From Candidatus Nanohaloarchaea archaeon (GTDB lineage: Archaea; Nanohalarchaeota; Nanosalinia; Nanosalinales; Nanosalinaceae), in contig JBEQBQ010000007.1 of the NCBI GenBank assembly GCA_041639695.1, positions 1 through 51,630 on the forward strand: a stretch of DNA of 51,630 nt, in the 5' to 3' direction. Made by a program: the position numbers and the translations under genes. This document shows positions 36,106-45,907 of this stretch, piece after piece. Under the pieces are notes generated by a model that saw nothing but the letters and a program-made list of their open reading frames with translations, was not told the DNA's origin and ran no database searches. Every line of letters begins with the position of its first letter. Position 1 is the first letter of the stretch.

Positions 36106-38852
36106 GCGGATCAAACTTCATACTTCAACGGTTGAGAGAGAAGTTCAGTTCAGGCGAAGAAGTAGATCCAGATAGCTTAACCGATCTTAATTACAAGGTA
36201 GGCAACACCTCTGGAATGGATGTAACCGCCGATATTCCTTCCGAACTTGCGGAAAGAGTAGGCCAGCTAGCTCAGCGAGCGGGAGGAGAGATGGAAATAC
36301 AGGTAACAAACCCGTCAACATTCTTCATAGACAGAGAAGATCTCTACAACTCGGTTAACGGTTTAGACATAGATTTTTCGATCCACAGCGACCCCAACGT
36401 AGGATATACCTCACCTTACCAGGTTGGAGAGGGTGGAGGATTCGATGGAACCTTCAACTACTTCACCCAGTACCTACAGGCATTTACCTCATTCAAGTTG
36501 GAGGCAGAAAACAGGTCAGATCTCAAACTAGGGAAAGAAGACGGCATAAGCATAGGCAGGATCAACCCTCACGTTTCAGTCAGTCCACTTCCTCAAACGG
36601 AGCAGGAAAGGGCTCAGGGGGTAGGTTTAGATCCTTTCGGATATAATATCTCTAAATTTAACGAATCTATTTTTAAACAGAAATCTAAACAAGATGAAAA
36701 CATCTGGGCAAACCCCGAATTTCTTAGGAGATTCTACAGGATGTTTGTAAGGGATGAGTTAGAGGGAAACGAATGGAGATACTTTGAGGGCCTTTACAAC
36801 TCTTATTCGAACAAGTTCGACAGAGAGTGGAAAGAAGCAAAGAATGAAATCTTAAACGACATTTGGGAGGATCGAACAGGTACTAACGGAAGTTCTCAGA
36901 TTAAAGATAAGGCCGAAGTTATTAGTATCGCTGCAAGAGCTCCGGCAGTGAAAGATGAATGGCTTGAACTTCTTTCGAGTGAGGCAGGAAAACTGGATGA
37001 CGGAGGGTTTGAACTTCCTCCCTCTTTGAAACTTGACCCTAATACGAGAAGCGAAGCAGGTATCGGTTTCGATAAAGATAAAATTGAGGATCTTGAGGAT
37101 CTTGATCAGTTTATCAAGGATTTCCTAAGTCAAAGATACGCTATTTCGGAGGTTGGACGGGTTCAGGAGTTTATCTTCTTTATGCAAACAGACAAAATAG
37201 AGAGGATGATAGGTTCACAGACCCGTAGAATAGTTGCTAGAGCGCTGGATCAACAGGGAATTGATCTAGAGGAAGAGCTAACTGATATCCAGAGCGAACT
37301 TTGGGAGAAAGCTAGACCGGCACTAATCGAGAGTCTGAACAAACTTTGGAATGCAGAACCTAGAGAGGAAAATGATGAGACTAAGGTCTCCCTAATTCCT
37401 GTGGAAACCAAGACTCAGGCTGTTTCAAGACAGCTAGAGGTTCCTAACGAAAGAATTCCGAAAAGAGCCTTCGACAGATATGGAGACGAACTGAAAGAGG
37501 AGGCAGAGGAGCTGTATTCTCGTAACCTTGACTACTTCAGAGAAAAATCTGAGGGCGAGGAGGACGAGGAGAAACTTAGAGACAGACATCGAAATTTTTT
37601 GGAGGATGTTGTAAGACAGTTCCAACAGCAGATGTGGCAGGAATCAAACCTGTTCTATAGGTTGATTCCGGCATGGCTAGACGTTGCACATCAGCAACAT
37701 CCCGGACATGAAGGATGGAGAGCTCCCAACTTCTTATGGAAATTTTTAGTAGAGGAAAAGTGGGGAGAAAGAGAGAACGTAGAACTAGATCTGACACGTC
37801 CCCAGTCATCAAATGGGGATACAAAGAAAAGATATTTTGACCTTTTAGAGGATAGCAGGGAGTTTCAGATGGATGTGGCTGCAGCGGTTGGCGGAACATA
37901 CATGTGGTCTATGTTCACACAGGTAGAGGGCCAATTCGAATTAGACGGAAACGAGTATTTCGATGGTAAAAATGCTGAGGAGCCCTGGATTGACTGGATG
38001 AACAGGTATGGAATAGGTATAAACATGGAGACTATGGCTGGGCAACCTAGACAGTACTTTAAGCTCTGGCGTCCTGTTCACGTAGTCGCTGCTTGTAGAG
38101 CTGTCAATATTACTGCCAGAGAGCGATTGGAAGAAGGAACTTTGGGCGATAAAGCTCATATGGCGCCCGAACTTGATGATTGTCCTGTCAAGTTCACTAT
38201 CGACATGGAGCACGTCTCAAGCTTCGGAGTAGACCCTCTAAAAGAAATGAAGATCTGGAAAGACAGAGAAAAGAAGTTGCTAGAAAACCCGATAGAGGTT
38301 GGAGGAGAGAAGATAGAGATTCCTGGAGATCCGGAGAGGCCTCTAGCTAAGATGCTGAGAATGTATCACTTGACTAAGCCCGGTCACGAAACTAGTGGCG
38401 GAGTTGGACATACTCACGGACCGTTCAGGAAGGGAGACAAGGATTTGTACCGCTGGCTTTACAATATGGTTATCTGGGGCTTCACCAGAACCGGTGAAAC
38501 AGGTGAGAGAGCCTCTGTCATGTACGAGGTAGGTGGAGAACAGGTGGGAACTGTTTACCAGGCCAAATTGGCGATGGATCTTATTGAACTGGGTGTAGAT
38601 CCTGAAGAGTTGGATCCTTCCATGGTTGATCCGGGAACCGAGTATGAAAGCGAGAAAGAAGCTTTAATTGCACGTTTCTTCGACATGGATCGTACCACCT
38701 ATTCGAAAGAGTGGGCGAAGATCGAGCAGCATGCCTTCGATCCTTTGGACGGTCTGCTAGAGGCTGAGACGTTTGATGTCACGTTTTCGGGCAGCGCAGC
38801 TTTAGAGAACAATAACAGGATTAACGATTTCCTGCCTGAAGAGTACCAGTAA
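36102..38852 (+). CDS. Large AP-endonuclease-2/xylose-isomerase-like TIM-barrel protein with ~480-aa insertion
   Basis: Ordered motifs SIH, NPH, NME, IDMEH, MYHL, GHTH, MYEV; ATGA overlap with the upstream gene. Confidence 0.65.
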   Translation: MSGSNFILQRLREKFSSGEEVDPDSLTDLNYKVGNTSGMDVTADIPSELAERVGQLAQRAGGEMEIQVTNPSTFFIDREDLYNSVNGLDIDFSIHSDPNVGYTSPYQVGEGGGFDGTFNYFTQYLQAFTSFKLEAENRSDLKLGKEDGISIGRINPHVSVSPLPQTEQERAQGVGLDPFGYNISKFNESIFKQKSKQDENIWANPEFLRRFYRMFVRDELEGNEWRYFEGLYNSYSNKFDREWKEAKNEILNDIWEDRTGTNGSSQIKDKAEVISIAARAPAVKDEWLELLSSEAGKLDDGGFELPPSLKLDPNTRSEAGIGFDKDKIEDLEDLDQFIKDFLSQRYAISEVGRVQEFIFFMQTDKIERMIGSQTRRIVARALDQQGIDLEEELTDIQSELWEKARPALIESLNKLWNAEPREENDETKVSLIPVETKTQAVSRQLEVPNERIPKRAFDRYGDELKEEAEELYSRNLDYFREKSEGEEDEEKLRDRHRNFLEDVVRQFQQQMWQESNLFYRLIPAWLDVAHQQHPGHEGWRAPNFLWKFLVEEKWGERENVELDLTRPQSSNGDTKKRYFDLLEDSREFQMDVAAAVGGTYMWSMFTQVEGQFELDGNEYFDGKNAEEPWIDWMNRYGIGINMETMAGQPRQYFKLWRPVHVVAACRAVNITARERLEEGTLGDKAHMAPELDDCPVKFTIDMEHVSSFGVDPLKEMKIWKDREKKLLENPIEVGGEKIEIPGDPERPLAKMLRMYHLTKPGHETSGGVGHTHGPFRKGDKDLYRWLYNMVIWGFTRTGETGERASVMYEVGGEQVGTVYQAKLAMDLIELGVDPEELDPSMVDPGTEYESEKEALIARFFDMDRTTYSKEWAKIEQHAFDPLDGLLEAETFDVTFSGSAALENNNRINDFLPEEYQ

Positions 38853-38855
38853 AAC

Positions 38856-39503
38856 TTATTGAAGGCCTGAAAGAACTTCTGAGTATTCGAAGAAGTTTTC
38901 CGAGTAGGTTGACCCCAGGTAGAAGTCTCTGCTGTTGGCCCATTCAAAGTCAAAATTTCCTTCGAGAACCCCTCTTTTACCTGCGATATTTGCGAGTTCG
39001 ACCTGTCTATCATACGCAGCCGTGTTGAAGACTTCGAAGTCTTCAAATTTTGCCGGGAACGCCGCCATACTCCTATTTAACATATCCCCTACTTTTTCAG
39101 CGGTTTCGAAGGCTTTGTAGTCTACTCCTGCCGTAACAAGTTTGTCTTCTTCCTCAAGTAGTTTTCCTAGTTCTTCAGGTACTTCCTGAACGCCTTCTGT
39201 TTCAACGTATTCGGGTTCCGGGAAGTTCGATTCGTTAACTCCCTCCCAGGCATATGTTTCCGGCGCCACAACCGTTATCTGTTCCCTGTCTTCCGGCCAA
39301 ATGTTTTCTAGTAGTAGTTGTGTATCTTTGGCGATCTGTCTTTCCTCTTCCGGTGATCCGGGTTGGAGCCACAGCACGTCAACCTCCTCTGCTTCTTCGA
39401 CCAGCCTGTTCCCTACTTCTTCTCTTACTTTGTCGGACAAGTCCGGGTGCTGTCTGACTCCGTAAGGAGTTGCAAGGTTTCCTAGCCGGGCTCTGTTATT
39501 CAT
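38856..39503 (-). CDS. Acidic hypothetical protein, possible degenerate DUF218/YdcF-like
   Basis: DVLWLQP..EEE..I and KLVTAGVDY segments shared with its neighbour. Confidence 0.6.
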   Translation of the reverse strand: MNNRARLGNLATPYGVRQHPDLSDKVREEVGNRLVEEAEEVDVLWLQPGSPEEERQIAKDTQLLLENIWPEDREQITVVAPETYAWEGVNESNFPEPEYVETEGVQEVPEELGKLLEEEDKLVTAGVDYKAFETAEKVGDMLNRSMAAFPAKFEDFEVFNTAAYDRQVELANIAGKRGVLEGNFDFEWANSRDFYLGSTYSENFFEYSEVLSGLQ

Positions 39504-39545
39504 ATAAAGTAGTAATTTAACGGTAGTGTTTTAACTGTTCCGAGT

Positions 39546-40196
39546 TCAAGCCGCGGACGGTTGAGGATCGGTTTCGTTTGAACTGCTTGAGAACAGTCCT
39601 TTGACCAGTTTTGCGCCGTATCTGACCGGTTCAAGCATTCTCTTCGCTGTTTCGACGTACCTCATCTTGGTCGAGTCTCTTCCGATATCGTCGGTTTCAG
39701 GCCCGAAGGTTTGGTGTTGTTCGACATCAAGTGCTTTACTTCCTATCCAGTCGCTTCTCCTCTTGCAGTAGTCGCTTGCGACAGTCTGTACTTTGCTTTC
39801 TTTGTGAGTGTATTGATCTATTCCTTCGTAGTCGTCCCAGAAGGAGTTGAGTTCAATATCGTAGTGTTCGACTTCGAAATCTAGGTCTTCGAGGCCGTAG
39901 CCTTTTTCTTCCCTCATTCTTTCGGACGTTTCTTCCTCAACTACAAGCGTGGGGTCCCAGTCTTCGTAGAACTCGTCGAGGTATGTTACGTGGTCTTCGA
40001 AAAAGTTGTATCGTATTTCGTCCTCTTCTTCGCTGGGAGAGGGGTGTAAGGCGACTACGTCGGGCGCCTCGTTTTCTTCGAGGAATTCTTCGTAGAGCTC
40101 TTCGTATTCGTCCTCTTCTGCTTCTTTTCCGGGTCCAGGCGCCTCAAGTGCCTGGCCCATGTCGCTCCACGAAAACCCGTATTCTTTGTCTACCAC
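39546..40196 (-). CDS. Acidic hypothetical protein, possible degenerate DUF218/YdcF-like
   Basis: TVASDYCKRRS resembles the DUF218 VTSDYHxxRA motif; GTG start chosen by TATA spacing (start uncertain). Confidence 0.6.
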   Translation of the reverse strand: MVDKEYGFSWSDMGQALEAPGPGKEAEEDEYEELYEEFLEENEAPDVVALHPSPSEEEDEIRYNFFEDHVTYLDEFYEDWDPTLVVEEETSERMREEKGYGLEDLDFEVEHYDIELNSFWDDYEGIDQYTHKESKVQTVASDYCKRRSDWIGSKALDVEQHQTFGPETDDIGRDSTKMRYVETAKRMLEPVRYGAKLVKGLFSSSSNETDPQPSAA

Positions 40197-40260
40197 GGAG
40201 TGACAATTCACTAGTAAAGGTTTTTAAGTTTCCGGCTGAACAACCTTATTGTGGATTCTC

Positions 40261-41511
40261 ATGAGTTCCAAGGATAAAATGAAGAAGATGAGGGAGAAAT
40301 CCCAGGAAAGACGAATGCAGGCCGCAGAAGAGTTCTCAGAAAAACTGAAGGACAAGCTCGGCGACAAAGTAAAAGTAGTAGCCGTATGGGGCTCAGTAGC
40401 GAAAGGGGAACACGGACACGACTCCGATATCGACACACTGGTTATCCTTGACGATACCAAGCTGAAGAAGGATGTTCCTGACGACGCAAAAAAGAAAATA
40501 CAGAGAAAAGTCACTCAGGCCGCAAAAGATACCGATGACAGAATTACTATCCAGTACTTCCCGTTCCTGACAGAGTTCTGGGACTCACTGAGAAAGGGAG
40601 AACCTCTCGCAATCGAAGCAGTAAGAAACGGACAACCCGTTTACGACACAGGAATCTTCATGCCCGCCAAAAGACTTCTACAGAGAGGAAAGATCAAAGC
40701 AACGAGAGAATCCGTCAAGAAACGTTTGAAGATGGCAGCAGCAGGATACAAGAAAGCCGAGAAGAACTTGAGAAGCTCCATCCCGCACAAGCTCGAACAG
40801 GTTATGGCAAACGCAGGCCAGGCACCGATCATGCTTGTAGGTAAAAACCCGCCGCCTAAAGAGAAAGTCCCGGAGACACTCGAAGAAATGTTCGTCGAGA
40901 AAGACATGCTTGAAGAAGAGTACGTAGATATTGCACAGGAACTCTACGACTTCGGGGACAAAGGCGAGAAACATCCTGACGAAGTCACAGGAGAAGAAGT
41001 TGAAGAACATCTTAACAAGGCCGATGACTTTGTTAGAAGAATGCACAAGCTTGTCTCACAGCTGGGCGCACAGAAGAAAGTTAAGGGAATAGTAGATGAC
41101 TACAAGAAGTTCCTGAAGGCTAACGTCGCTGCGCTTAAATCCAAGGATATTGAGCCACCGGAAGACAGGGACGATCTTCCTGAAGTAGTTCAGGAGAACC
41201 TTGATGTTGACGAGAACCATATAGAGATGTTCGACAAGTGGGAAGACGTAGTAGAAAAGGTCAAGAACAAGGAAATGGATGAGGTAAACGAGAAAGAGCT
41301 CTACGAACTGAAACAGGACACGAAAGAATTCGTCTCAAGAGTAGGTAAAGACATTCAGAAGATGAAGGAGGAGAAAGCCGAAGAGATGACACCGGAAATG
41401 GATACCTCGAGCGTTGCGAAAGCCGCAGACACCGACGAGATGATTCCTAACCTCGACAAGAAAGCCGAGAAAGAGGTTGACGAGGACAAAGAGAACGAGG
41501 AGAAAGAGTAA
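40261..41511 (+). CDS. Minimal nucleotidyltransferase fused to HEPN-like domain(s)
   Basis: WGSVAKG..SDIDTLVILDD pol-beta motif, then helical QAPIMLVGKNPP..EVTGEEVEEHL..ADDFV and a second similar unit. Confidence 0.8.
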   Translation: MSSKDKMKKMREKSQERRMQAAEEFSEKLKDKLGDKVKVVAVWGSVAKGEHGHDSDIDTLVILDDTKLKKDVPDDAKKKIQRKVTQAAKDTDDRITIQYFPFLTEFWDSLRKGEPLAIEAVRNGQPVYDTGIFMPAKRLLQRGKIKATRESVKKRLKMAAAGYKKAEKNLRSSIPHKLEQVMANAGQAPIMLVGKNPPPKEKVPETLEEMFVEKDMLEEEYVDIAQELYDFGDKGEKHPDEVTGEEVEEHLNKADDFVRRMHKLVSQLGAQKKVKGIVDDYKKFLKANVAALKSKDIEPPEDRDDLPEVVQENLDVDENHIEMFDKWEDVVEKVKNKEMDEVNEKELYELKQDTKEFVSRVGKDIQKMKEEKAEEMTPEMDTSSVAKAADTDEMIPNLDKKAEKEVDEDKENEEKE

Positions 41512-41557
41512 CTCCTCGACCCCAACCTTTTCTATCTAAATTCTCCAATTTTCTGTT

Positions 41558-42166
41558 ATGCAGGTTTTCTGTTTCGGCGATTCAATAACCTATGGAGGAG
41601 CAAACTCCTGGGTCGGGAAACTGAGAAAGCATATGGAGGAGACAGACAAAAAGCGTGAAAGAGATTCGCTAGTCTACAATCTCGGTGTTCCCGGCAACAC
41701 CTCCAGAGATGTTCTTGAAAGGTTTGAACAGGAGTTCGAGGCCAGACCCGACTCTGGAAAAAAAGTTGTGATCTTCCAGTTCGGCATAAATGATGTAACC
41801 CGGTTAAGGGAAAGCAACCAGAACAGGGTAAGGATAGAGGAGTTTAGACAGAACTTAGAGAACCTTTACGCGAAAGCAAGAATTAAAGCCGACGAAGTTA
41901 TCTTCCTAGGATTTACCCCCGTAATAGAATCAAAGACAACCCCTCTACAAGACGACAATTCACAGAGGATAATTTTCAAGGACGTAAGAGACTATGAGGA
42001 TGAGCTACACGAGTTCTGCCGCCAGAAAAACGTTAAATTTGTTGAACTGTTCGACCTTTTCATGGAGAACGGTTACTCAGAACTTTTGGAGGACGGATAC
42101 CATCCAAATGCGGAGGGACAGCAACTTGTCTTTGAGGGAGTCAGAGATGAACTGGAGAAACTCTAG
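41558..42166 (+). CDS. SGNH/GDSL hydrolase
   Basis: FGDSIT, NLGVPGNTS, GIND, DGYHPN blocks. Confidence 0.92.
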   Translation: MQVFCFGDSITYGGANSWVGKLRKHMEETDKKRERDSLVYNLGVPGNTSRDVLERFEQEFEARPDSGKKVVIFQFGINDVTRLRESNQNRVRIEEFRQNLENLYAKARIKADEVIFLGFTPVIESKTTPLQDDNSQRIIFKDVRDYEDELHEFCRQKNVKFVELFDLFMENGYSELLEDGYHPNAEGQQLVFEGVRDELEKL

Positions 42167-42171
42167 TTTTT

Positions 42172-43206
42172 TCACTCCAGATCGAGATTTCTCTCTGCGT
42201 AGTCAAGAAGTTTCTCCGCGGACATACCGTTCTCTGCCACATAATCATCTTCACGGACGTAAAGTGCTTTGAGAGCGGCTTTGTCAAATTCTTGGATGTT
42301 CTGCCTAGCATCCTCAACCATGCCGGACAGACGGCCCTCTGTCTCCTCGAGCTTTTCACCCAGCTCATCGTAGGAGTCGACAAGTTTGACGGCTTTGCCT
42401 TCATTCTGGTCGTATCCCATGAGGTTACCCCAGCGATCTTCCCAAACAGACGAAACCTCGTAACTTTCTTCCCCAGGAAGCTCCCCCTGCGTAGCCATTT
42501 TTTTCACAAGCTCGGTTCTTTCATCCTCCTCTAGTTCAGCAAGAAGCATCTCTGCCTCTCCCGCAAGCGATCCCTGTGAGAAGCTCTCCCAGTCGACGTA
42601 CTCTTCAATATTGTCAATCTTCCATTCCGTTTCAAGGACTTTCCCGGCAAGCTCAACGTTGCCGTCGTAATCTTTGACCTCTTCGACGTATCCGGAGTCA
42701 AGGCCTTCTATACCCATGAAACCGGTTTTTTCAGGTTTCAGTGCGTTGTCAAGGCTTTCCAGCTGTCCCGGAATGGCGTGAGCATCAACCCTGTCAACCT
42801 GTCCTGCAAGGGATTCCAGATGTTCCCATCCCTCGACATCCCCTCTGAGACGTTCTGCCTCGCTTTCCAGATGGTTTGCGAGATGGCCTTTGTTTATGTA
42901 GGCCTCCTCCAGATCAAGGAACTGGAGATCGATTTCTCCAAGATCTAGCCGGTTTTCAGCGGACCTCTTGACGACCCTGTCCACAGCTTCTATCTGTGGC
43001 GGAGTTGAGTGAGGATCCATTCTCGGAACATCTTCTTCGGCTCTTTTCAGTACTTGTCGGCCCTCTTGATTGATCGGTAGCTGTTCCCTGTTCTCTGCCA
43101 GGTCATTTGAAAGCTCTTCACCGTTTCTATATTCTGTTTTGAGATCTAGAACCTCTAAGTCCACGTTTCCGTTAAGCCTTATCTTGTTTTCCTGTATTGC
43201 TGACAT
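42172..43206 (-). CDS. Acidic hypothetical protein with a duplicated ~77-aa N-terminal unit
   Basis: DL..LDL...Y.N...L.N.L..EG...L..V.R.D.H..P.Q.E..D pattern occurs twice. Confidence 0.7.
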   Translation of the reverse strand: MSAIQENKIRLNGNVDLEVLDLKTEYRNGEELSNDLAENREQLPINQEGRQVLKRAEEDVPRMDPHSTPPQIEAVDRVVKRSAENRLDLGEIDLQFLDLEEAYINKGHLANHLESEAERLRGDVEGWEHLESLAGQVDRVDAHAIPGQLESLDNALKPEKTGFMGIEGLDSGYVEEVKDYDGNVELAGKVLETEWKIDNIEEYVDWESFSQGSLAGEAEMLLAELEEDERTELVKKMATQGELPGEESYEVSSVWEDRWGNLMGYDQNEGKAVKLVDSYDELGEKLEETEGRLSGMVEDARQNIQEFDKAALKALYVREDDYVAENGMSAEKLLDYAERNLDLE

Positions 43207-43210
43207 TTTT

Positions 43211-44500
43211 CTACACCTCTGCCTTCTTTTTCTTGGATGATCCTTCTTTTGAGAGAGCTGCTTTTGCTATGCTGCTCCAGTCGCCGTTCTTGTCCGGAAA
43301 CGGGTTGAGAAAGTCTTCTGCTCTTGTACCTACAGCGCAGTCAGCCACCTTTTCAACCGGCAGCTGGTCGTTGTCTTCATCGTTTTCCCTAACGCCCATA
43401 GAGACCTCTTTCATCAGTTTGTAAGTATGGATCGGAGTCAAGCTGTGCTTGTCTCCGTTTCTAAGAGCACTTAAGTCGGCAATAGGATCAAGGTTCATAC
43501 TGACGTTCGTGACCATGTTTTTCCCTTCTAGTTCGGCGATCTCAACGTTCATCACGAGGTCGTCCTGTTTCACCGGCGTGTCTGGCGAGGTCTTGGTGAA
43601 CCTGGCCGGTTTGAAATAATTTACAACATCGTTCAATATTTCGAGTTCGGTGGAGTCCATTCTGTCGGCTTCTAGGCCGTGAACATTTTCCTCTATACCA
43701 ATATACTCTATGTTATCTTCGACCACCGAGTTCTGGAACCATCTAGCATGCACATCTTTTCTGAAGGGAAATACGTCCATTTCAGGTACCGGACTTAGTC
43801 TTTCTCCGTACCATGAACCTGCTAACTGGTCGTCGAACCCGCCAGTATATCGTACAGCGTTTACAGGCTCTCCTACAACGTTTATAGAGACGTATGACTC
43901 TATTTCTGGATCTGCTACCACTGTGAAGTTGTATGGGTCAGTTCCTTGCCTGTTTCCTGTTGAGTCAAGCCAGCTGCGGACATCTGAAAGAGAGCTTTTT
44001 GGTTCAAGCTCTTCGGATTCAGTATTGACAACCACATATCTGTCGGAGTCTGTAAACTCTTGTCCCCCCTCTCCGAGGATGTACTTCAGGCATTGACGTC
44101 CGTCTACCGCTTTCAGTGAGGGAATACCGGCCTCTTCCAGGTGTCGGACCATGGAAGATTTATTGGCGATTACGGGCGCAGCGTTTCTGTTAAGTACTTC
44201 CACGTTATGATCAGTTAAGACGTCTGTGTGGAAGCTTTCTCCCTCCGTAAAGTATTCTTTAGCTGCGGAGTCTGTTGGCAGAACTACTGTTGTCCCTGAA
44301 CCACTTGCATCTATCTGTTCGTACTCCGGGCCGGAGCTTATAGGGTAAGCTATCGGCGCCTCTACATCGGTGTTTGGACTTTCTGATACTTCTAGTCCTA
44401 CTGGGGATGCGATTGTCTCGTGGTAGAGGCCTAGCCTTTCTCCTCCTTCCGATGTCAGTAAGTATAGGTTGTCGTCCGGCAACCCGTTTCCAGAACCCAT
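43211..44500 (-). CDS. Degenerate RimK-like ATP-grasp protein
   Basis: VEVLN..APVIANKSSMVRHLEEAGIP and INVVGEPVNAVRY resemble RimK; C-terminal ExN absent. Confidence 0.5.
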   Translation of the reverse strand: MGSGNGLPDDNLYLLTSEGGERLGLYHETIASPVGLEVSESPNTDVEAPIAYPISSGPEYEQIDASGSGTTVVLPTDSAAKEYFTEGESFHTDVLTDHNVEVLNRNAAPVIANKSSMVRHLEEAGIPSLKAVDGRQCLKYILGEGGQEFTDSDRYVVVNTESEELEPKSSLSDVRSWLDSTGNRQGTDPYNFTVVADPEIESYVSINVVGEPVNAVRYTGGFDDQLAGSWYGERLSPVPEMDVFPFRKDVHARWFQNSVVEDNIEYIGIEENVHGLEADRMDSTELEILNDVVNYFKPARFTKTSPDTPVKQDDLVMNVEIAELEGKNMVTNVSMNLDPIADLSALRNGDKHSLTPIHTYKLMKEVSMGVRENDEDNDQLPVEKVADCAVGTRAEDFLNPFPDKNGDWSSIAKAALSKEGSSKKKKAEV

Positions 44501-44924
44501 GCCACTAATTGAAAGCTAAAGATTTTTATTATGTGTGGGTAACTAACCATCCAGAGTAGTCTTCAGGTTTTCAGAACCCTATTTTAAGCCTTTTAGACAA
44601 CTTTAAACCATCTTCTTACCGGGAAAAACATTCAGAAACATTTGCATGTTCAGGAAGCCAGCCCAGACCCTTTACCACTTCTTTCGGGACAAAAACAGGT
44701 TCTCCTTTCCGATGAATCCTAGTTTCAGTCCAATCTCCTTATTCGGCTTCAAAGCCTGTTCCCTCCACCCCTCAACTCTCGTTTTTGCAGCTTCTCGTGG
44801 AGCTTTTCATGAGTCTATTGGCCCTTCAAGAAGAAAGGAATCCCCTTAACACCTCCCTTAACATAGTACCTTAGAGCGGATGTAGAATAGGCAGATTTAA
44901 GATTAATTCTTTTTCTCTAATTGC

Positions 44925-45875
44925 ATGGATAACAACAAATCCGATGCAGAAAAGGCACTTGAAAGACTCGAAATAGATTACACTGAGTTGGAAAGCCTGG
45001 ACGGCGGAAGCGACAGCCTTTTCTCCTTCAAATCCGGAGACAGATCTCTTATCCTGAAGATGAGAGGTTTCGAATATCTTCCCGACTCCTGGTTCAGAAA
45101 AGAACCCCTCTTCCTCGAGAAGGCATCAGAGGAGATAGATATGCCGGTTCCGGAAACCGTCGACATGAATCTCAGGGCTGAAACCCCTTACTTTGTCATG
45201 GAAAGGTTAGAAGGAGATTCTCTCTCAAACATAAAAAATGATCTTGGAGAGGAAGAACTCTTAGACCTATGTTTTCAGGCAGGGAAAACGCTGGGAGAAC
45301 TCCACTCCTCAACTGAGTACGACAGCTATGGCTGGATGAAAGAAACCGACGGAGATATTGAGAGAACCAGAATGTCATGGCAACAAGTATTCCAGGCTAT
45401 GTATGATGATCGTATCGAAGGCCTTGAAGGAACAGAGTTCGCTGAATACAGAAAAGAGGTCAAGAAATTTGTCAAAGATCGTATAGATTCGATGAATCCG
45501 GAAGGGCCTGTCCTAGGACATGATGATTATCGGCCAGGCAACATCATGGTTCGAGACAGCGAGATAGTCGGAGTAATAGACTGGGCGAGAGCATACGCCA
45601 CAGATCCATTATATGATATGGTGAAAGCGGAGATGAACTTCATGAACGAGCTCGAAACTATTGTCGATGAGGAAGAAGTTTCAAAGAGCTTCAGAAAAGG
45701 TTACAGAACTAGCCGTAAACCTAATTTAGATGAAAGAGAAGAAGTTTACCGTGCAAACACAGTTCTAGGCATGATGAAAGGTTTCTCCAATCACTGGGGC
45801 GATCTTATGGAAAAGGGTAAGAGACGAGAGAAAGCAGATTATCTCTCAGAGAAACTAGAAACCCTTATTACATAG
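44925..45875 (+). CDS. Aminoglycoside-phosphotransferase/choline-kinase family protein
   Basis: LILK, PVPE, YFVMERLEG, HDDYRPGNIMV, VIDW. Confidence 0.88.
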   Translation: MDNNKSDAEKALERLEIDYTELESLDGGSDSLFSFKSGDRSLILKMRGFEYLPDSWFRKEPLFLEKASEEIDMPVPETVDMNLRAETPYFVMERLEGDSLSNIKNDLGEEELLDLCFQAGKTLGELHSSTEYDSYGWMKETDGDIERTRMSWQQVFQAMYDDRIEGLEGTEFAEYRKEVKKFVKDRIDSMNPEGPVLGHDDYRPGNIMVRDSEIVGVIDWARAYATDPLYDMVKAEMNFMNELETIVDEEEVSKSFRKGYRTSRKPNLDEREEVYRANTVLGMMKGFSNHWGDLMEKGKRREKADYLSEKLETLIT

Positions 45876-45907
45876 TTATCTTACGGACCAATAAATTTCC
45901 GAACACC

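Noticed and set aside
44501-44924. 67-aa ORF 44646..44849 and CCCTTAACA direct repeat (44843, 44855)
   Set aside because: The ORF has atypical composition and the minus-strand frames are broken by stops; possibly a decayed gene, but nothing supportable
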